This document shows positions 29,472 through 32,000 of a stretch of 32,000 bases of DNA, in pieces; within the stretch, counting starts at the first letter, position 1, and every line of letters begins with the position of its first letter. Source of the stretch: Ferroglobus placidus DSM 10642 (GTDB taxonomy: Archaea > Halobacteriota > Archaeoglobi > Archaeoglobales > Archaeoglobaceae); assembly GCF_000025505.1 (NCBI RefSeq), contig NC_013849.1, positions 240,001-272,000 on the forward strand, read 5' to 3'. The translations under genes and the position numbers were made by a program. Below the pieces are notes generated by a model, which did no database searches, was not told the DNA's origin, and worked only from the letters and a program-made list of their open reading frames with translations.

Positions 29472-30929
29472 ATGGATGTTAGAGCTCAGCTTGTTATGGT
29501 TTTCAACCTTGACAAGTGCTTAGGCTGTCACACCTGCAGCATAGCCTGCAAGAACATCTGGACAGACAGAAGAGGAGCGGAGTACATGTGGTGGAACAAC
29601 GTTGAAACCAAGCCCGGAGCAGGATATCCGAAATTCTGGGAAGATCAGAAAAGGTACAAAGGTGGATGGGTTCTGAGGGGGGACAAGTTAAAGCTAAGGG
29701 CTTTCAGCAAGCTTTCAACCCTTTTAAACATATTCTACCAGCCCCACATGCCCAGACTCGAAGACTACTACCACCCCTGGACTTACGATTACGCAAAGCT
29801 ATATGAATCCCCAGAAGAAAGCGATCAGCCTGTTGCCGAGCCCATTTCACTCATTTCTGGAGAGAAAATAGACATAGAGTTCGGTCCGAACTGGGATGAC
29901 GATCTTGGAGGTTCGCCCCTTTACGCTGAAGAGGACATCAATTTGGATGAGAGAAGAATAGTCACGAATTTTGGAAGCATCTTCATGTTCTACTTACCAA
30001 GAATTTGCAATCACTGCTTAAATCCAGCCTGCGTAGCAGCTTGCCCCCAAAGAGCCATATACAAGAGAGGAGAGGATGGAATCGTTCTCGTCGACCAGAA
30101 CACATGCAGAGGATGGAGATTTTGCGTAACAGCTTGCCCCTACAAGAAAGTTTACTACAACTGGAACACCGGAAAGTCTGAAAAGTGCATATTCTGCTAT
30201 CCACGAACGGAAACTGCTCAAGCCAACGCCTGTGCTCATAGCTGCGTTGGAAGGATTAGGTACGTTGGAGTAGTTTTGTACGACGCAGATAGAATTGAAG
30301 ATGCTTTGAAAGTTAAAGACGAGGAGCTCGTTGAAGCTCAGAGGAAAATCATCCTCGATCCGAGGGATGAAATGGTTAGAAAAGCTGCCAAGGAAAACGG
30401 AGTTCCGGATAACTGGCTCGAAGCCGCTTTGAAATCACCGGCATATGCTCTAATTAAGGAGTACGAGCTTGCTTTACCTCTGCATCCAGAATTCAGAACA
30501 ATGCCGATGACTTTCTACATTCCACCACTCTCTCCAGTTTTAGCCGTTCACAGAGCAATACACGATGTTGAAGAGCATGAGGAAGTTCCGGACAAGAATT
30601 TGCTAAGAGTTCCGGTGAGGTACCTCTCCAAGCTTTTCGCCGGCGGAAACGAGAGAGTTGTGACTGAGGCACTTGAAAGACTCGTCGCTTTGAGGAAGTA
30701 CATGAGAGCGAGAAACGTCGGAGAGCAGCCAGATGAGGATAGCTTAAGAAAAGCGGGTCTTGATGCTGAAAGCGCTGAAAAGCTGTATCGATTACTCACC
30801 ATAGCGAGCTACAATGAGAGATACGCTATTCCATCTCTCCACAGAGAATACCTTGACGTCACACCCTCAGAGGAAAGGAGGGGAGGAAGTGGTTTCGGTA
30901 TATCGATCAGACCGAGGGGAGGGCAATGA
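29472..30929 (+). CDS. narH: Respiratory nitrate reductase beta subunit (Fe-S)
   Basis: MDVRAQLVMVFNLDKCLGCHTCSIACKNIWT, CNHCLNPACVAACPQRAIYKR, CRGWRFCVTACPYKK and EKCIFCYPRTETAQANACAHSCVGRIRY. ATG at 29472 is more likely than the GTG at 29463. Confidence 0.95.
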   Translation: MDVRAQLVMVFNLDKCLGCHTCSIACKNIWTDRRGAEYMWWNNVETKPGAGYPKFWEDQKRYKGGWVLRGDKLKLRAFSKLSTLLNIFYQPHMPRLEDYYHPWTYDYAKLYESPEESDQPVAEPISLISGEKIDIEFGPNWDDDLGGSPLYAEEDINLDERRIVTNFGSIFMFYLPRICNHCLNPACVAACPQRAIYKRGEDGIVLVDQNTCRGWRFCVTACPYKKVYYNWNTGKSEKCIFCYPRTETAQANACAHSCVGRIRYVGVVLYDADRIEDALKVKDEELVEAQRKIILDPRDEMVRKAAKENGVPDNWLEAALKSPAYALIKEYELALPLHPEFRTMPMTFYIPPLSPVLAVHRAIHDVEEHEEVPDKNLLRVPVRYLSKLFAGGNERVVTEALERLVALRKYMRARNVGEQPDEDSLRKAGLDAESAEKLYRLLTIASYNERYAIPSLHREYLDVTPSEERRGGSGFGISIRPRGGQ

Positions 30930-31498
30930 AGAAGATGAAAGATTGCTACAAACTCCTATCAAAACTCTTGCAGTATCCAAGCGATCTCTTAGAAATGAGA
31001 GATGCTGCTAAAAAACTTTACAAACTGATAAGAGGCATTGAAGCTGAGGAAATAGAAGAGGCGAAGAAAGAGTTTGAAAAATTTATTGAATTCCTCGAAA
31101 AGTCCACTATAGAAGAAATCGAAGAGGAGTACGTAAGAACTTTTGATTTATTCCCACTCTGCCCCCCTTACGTTTTTCACCACGTTTGCGGTGAGAGTTA
31201 CAGAAGAAGTGAGTATCTGGTTAAGCTCATGGAAATCTATAGAAAGCATGGATTTGAACCAGATAAAACTCTGAAAAAAGAACTTCCCGATCATATAGCT
31301 GTGATCGTAAGCTTTTTGGGAGAGTTAGATGATAGACGAGACTTTCTGGAGTTTATCATAAAAGGTATTAATAAAATGACTGATACTGTGAAGAAGAAAG
31401 AAACTCCTTACAGAGCACTTATTCTCTTAACTCATGCTTTATGCTCTGCAGATTTGAAATTTTGGAGTAAAAAATTGGAGGGGGTGATCGAATGTTAG
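30926..31498 (+). CDS. narJ: Nitrate reductase assembly chaperone
   Basis: YKLLSKLLQYPSDLL, FEKFIEFLEKSTIEEIEEEYVRTFDL position-conserved between narH and narI. Confidence 0.85.
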   Translation: MKKMKDCYKLLSKLLQYPSDLLEMRDAAKKLYKLIRGIEAEEIEEAKKEFEKFIEFLEKSTIEEIEEEYVRTFDLFPLCPPYVFHHVCGESYRRSEYLVKLMEIYRKHGFEPDKTLKKELPDHIAVIVSFLGELDDRRDFLEFIIKGINKMTDTVKKKETPYRALILLTHALCSADLKFWSKKLEGVIEC

Positions 31499-32000
31499 AT
31501 ACGTTAATTTTTGTAGTTCTGCCGTACGCTGCGATAGCTCTCGCCTTATTTGTTACACCCTATAGATATTTCAAGAATAGACTTGACTGGAGCGCTTTCT
31601 CAACCCAGTTCTTGGAAAGAAGAAAGCTCTACTGGGGTAGCATTCCCTGGCATTACGGAGTTGTAATTGTTCTTGCCGGTCACCTGATAGGATTTCTGTT
31701 TCCGTCAGCAGTGCAGAGCGCTTTGTCGAATTTCTCCATGCTTATCGTACTGGAAAGCATAGCGCTAGCTCTCGGATTGCTTGCATTGGTTGGTAGCGTT
31801 ATCTTATTAATTAGAAGAGCTTCCGGAATCGTCAGAGCTGTCACAAGCTACTCTGACTGGATAGTCCTTCTACTTGTACTCAACCAAGCAATAACCGGAG
31901 TTTACATGGGAGTTTTCGCCAGATGGGGAATGGAATGGTATTTATACACAGCAGTTCCCTGGCTTTATTCGCTGCTCACGTTAAATCCGCAAATAGGCTA
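31492..32000 (+). CDS. narI: Nitrate reductase gamma subunit (cytochrome b), truncated at window end
   Basis: Hand translation MLDTLIFVVLPYAAIALALFVTPYRYFKNRLDWSAFSTQFLERRKLYWGSIPWHYGVVIVLAGHLIGFLFP; TM pattern and H-containing helices as in NarI. Confidence 0.88.
   Translation, partial: MLDTLIFVVLPYAAIALALFVTPYRYFKNRLDWSAFSTQFLERRKLYWGSIPWHYGVVIVLAGHLIGFLFPSAVQSALSNFSMLIVLESIALALGLLALVGSVILLIRRASGIVRAVTSYSDWIVLLLVLNQAITGVYMGVFARWGMEWYLYTAVPWLYSLLTLNPQIG

Noticed and set aside
1-32000. tRNA or rRNA genes
   Set aside because: No tRNA-like cloverleaf with a TTCGANNC arm or rRNA conserved blocks was noticed in the short intergenic gaps; a tRNAscan-SE run would be decisive.

Overview
The window is compact archaeal DNA. 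Gene content (archaeal exosome/proteasome/RNase P cluster plus a narGHJI nitrate reductase operon) suggests a nitrate-reducing member of the Archaeoglobales such as Ferroglobus; that assignment is inference, not read from a marker. Most of the window is ordinary: 3' end of dtdA, a CHASE4-type sensor kinase split by a frameshift, nog1, a presenilin-like protease, a PIN/KH ATPase, hisI, a KaiC-like ATPase with a degraded P-loop, Cgi121, ADP-forming acyl-CoA synthetase subunits, rpl15e, rnp3 and rnp2, psmA, SBDS, rrp4/rrp41/rrp42, rpl37ae, rpoP, speE, an MBL-fold protein, leuS, and a cytochrome c followed by narG, narH, narJ and narI (partial). The ORF track does not call the RNase P RNA gene (about 20710..20964, closed by a perfect 14-bp terminal helix), rpoP, a small Cys-rich ORF or narI. 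The most interesting segment is an A+T-rich island (about 9060..13108) with a compact four-gene type III CRISPR effector operon: a Cas10 with an HD motif but no GGDD, a Cas5-like RAMP, a small subunit and a single Cas7. It has no local CRISPR array, Cas6, Cas1/2 or ancillary gene. It resembles a III-F-like (or cyclase-dead III-C-like) system and is bordered by direct copies of TCGCCTAAC.
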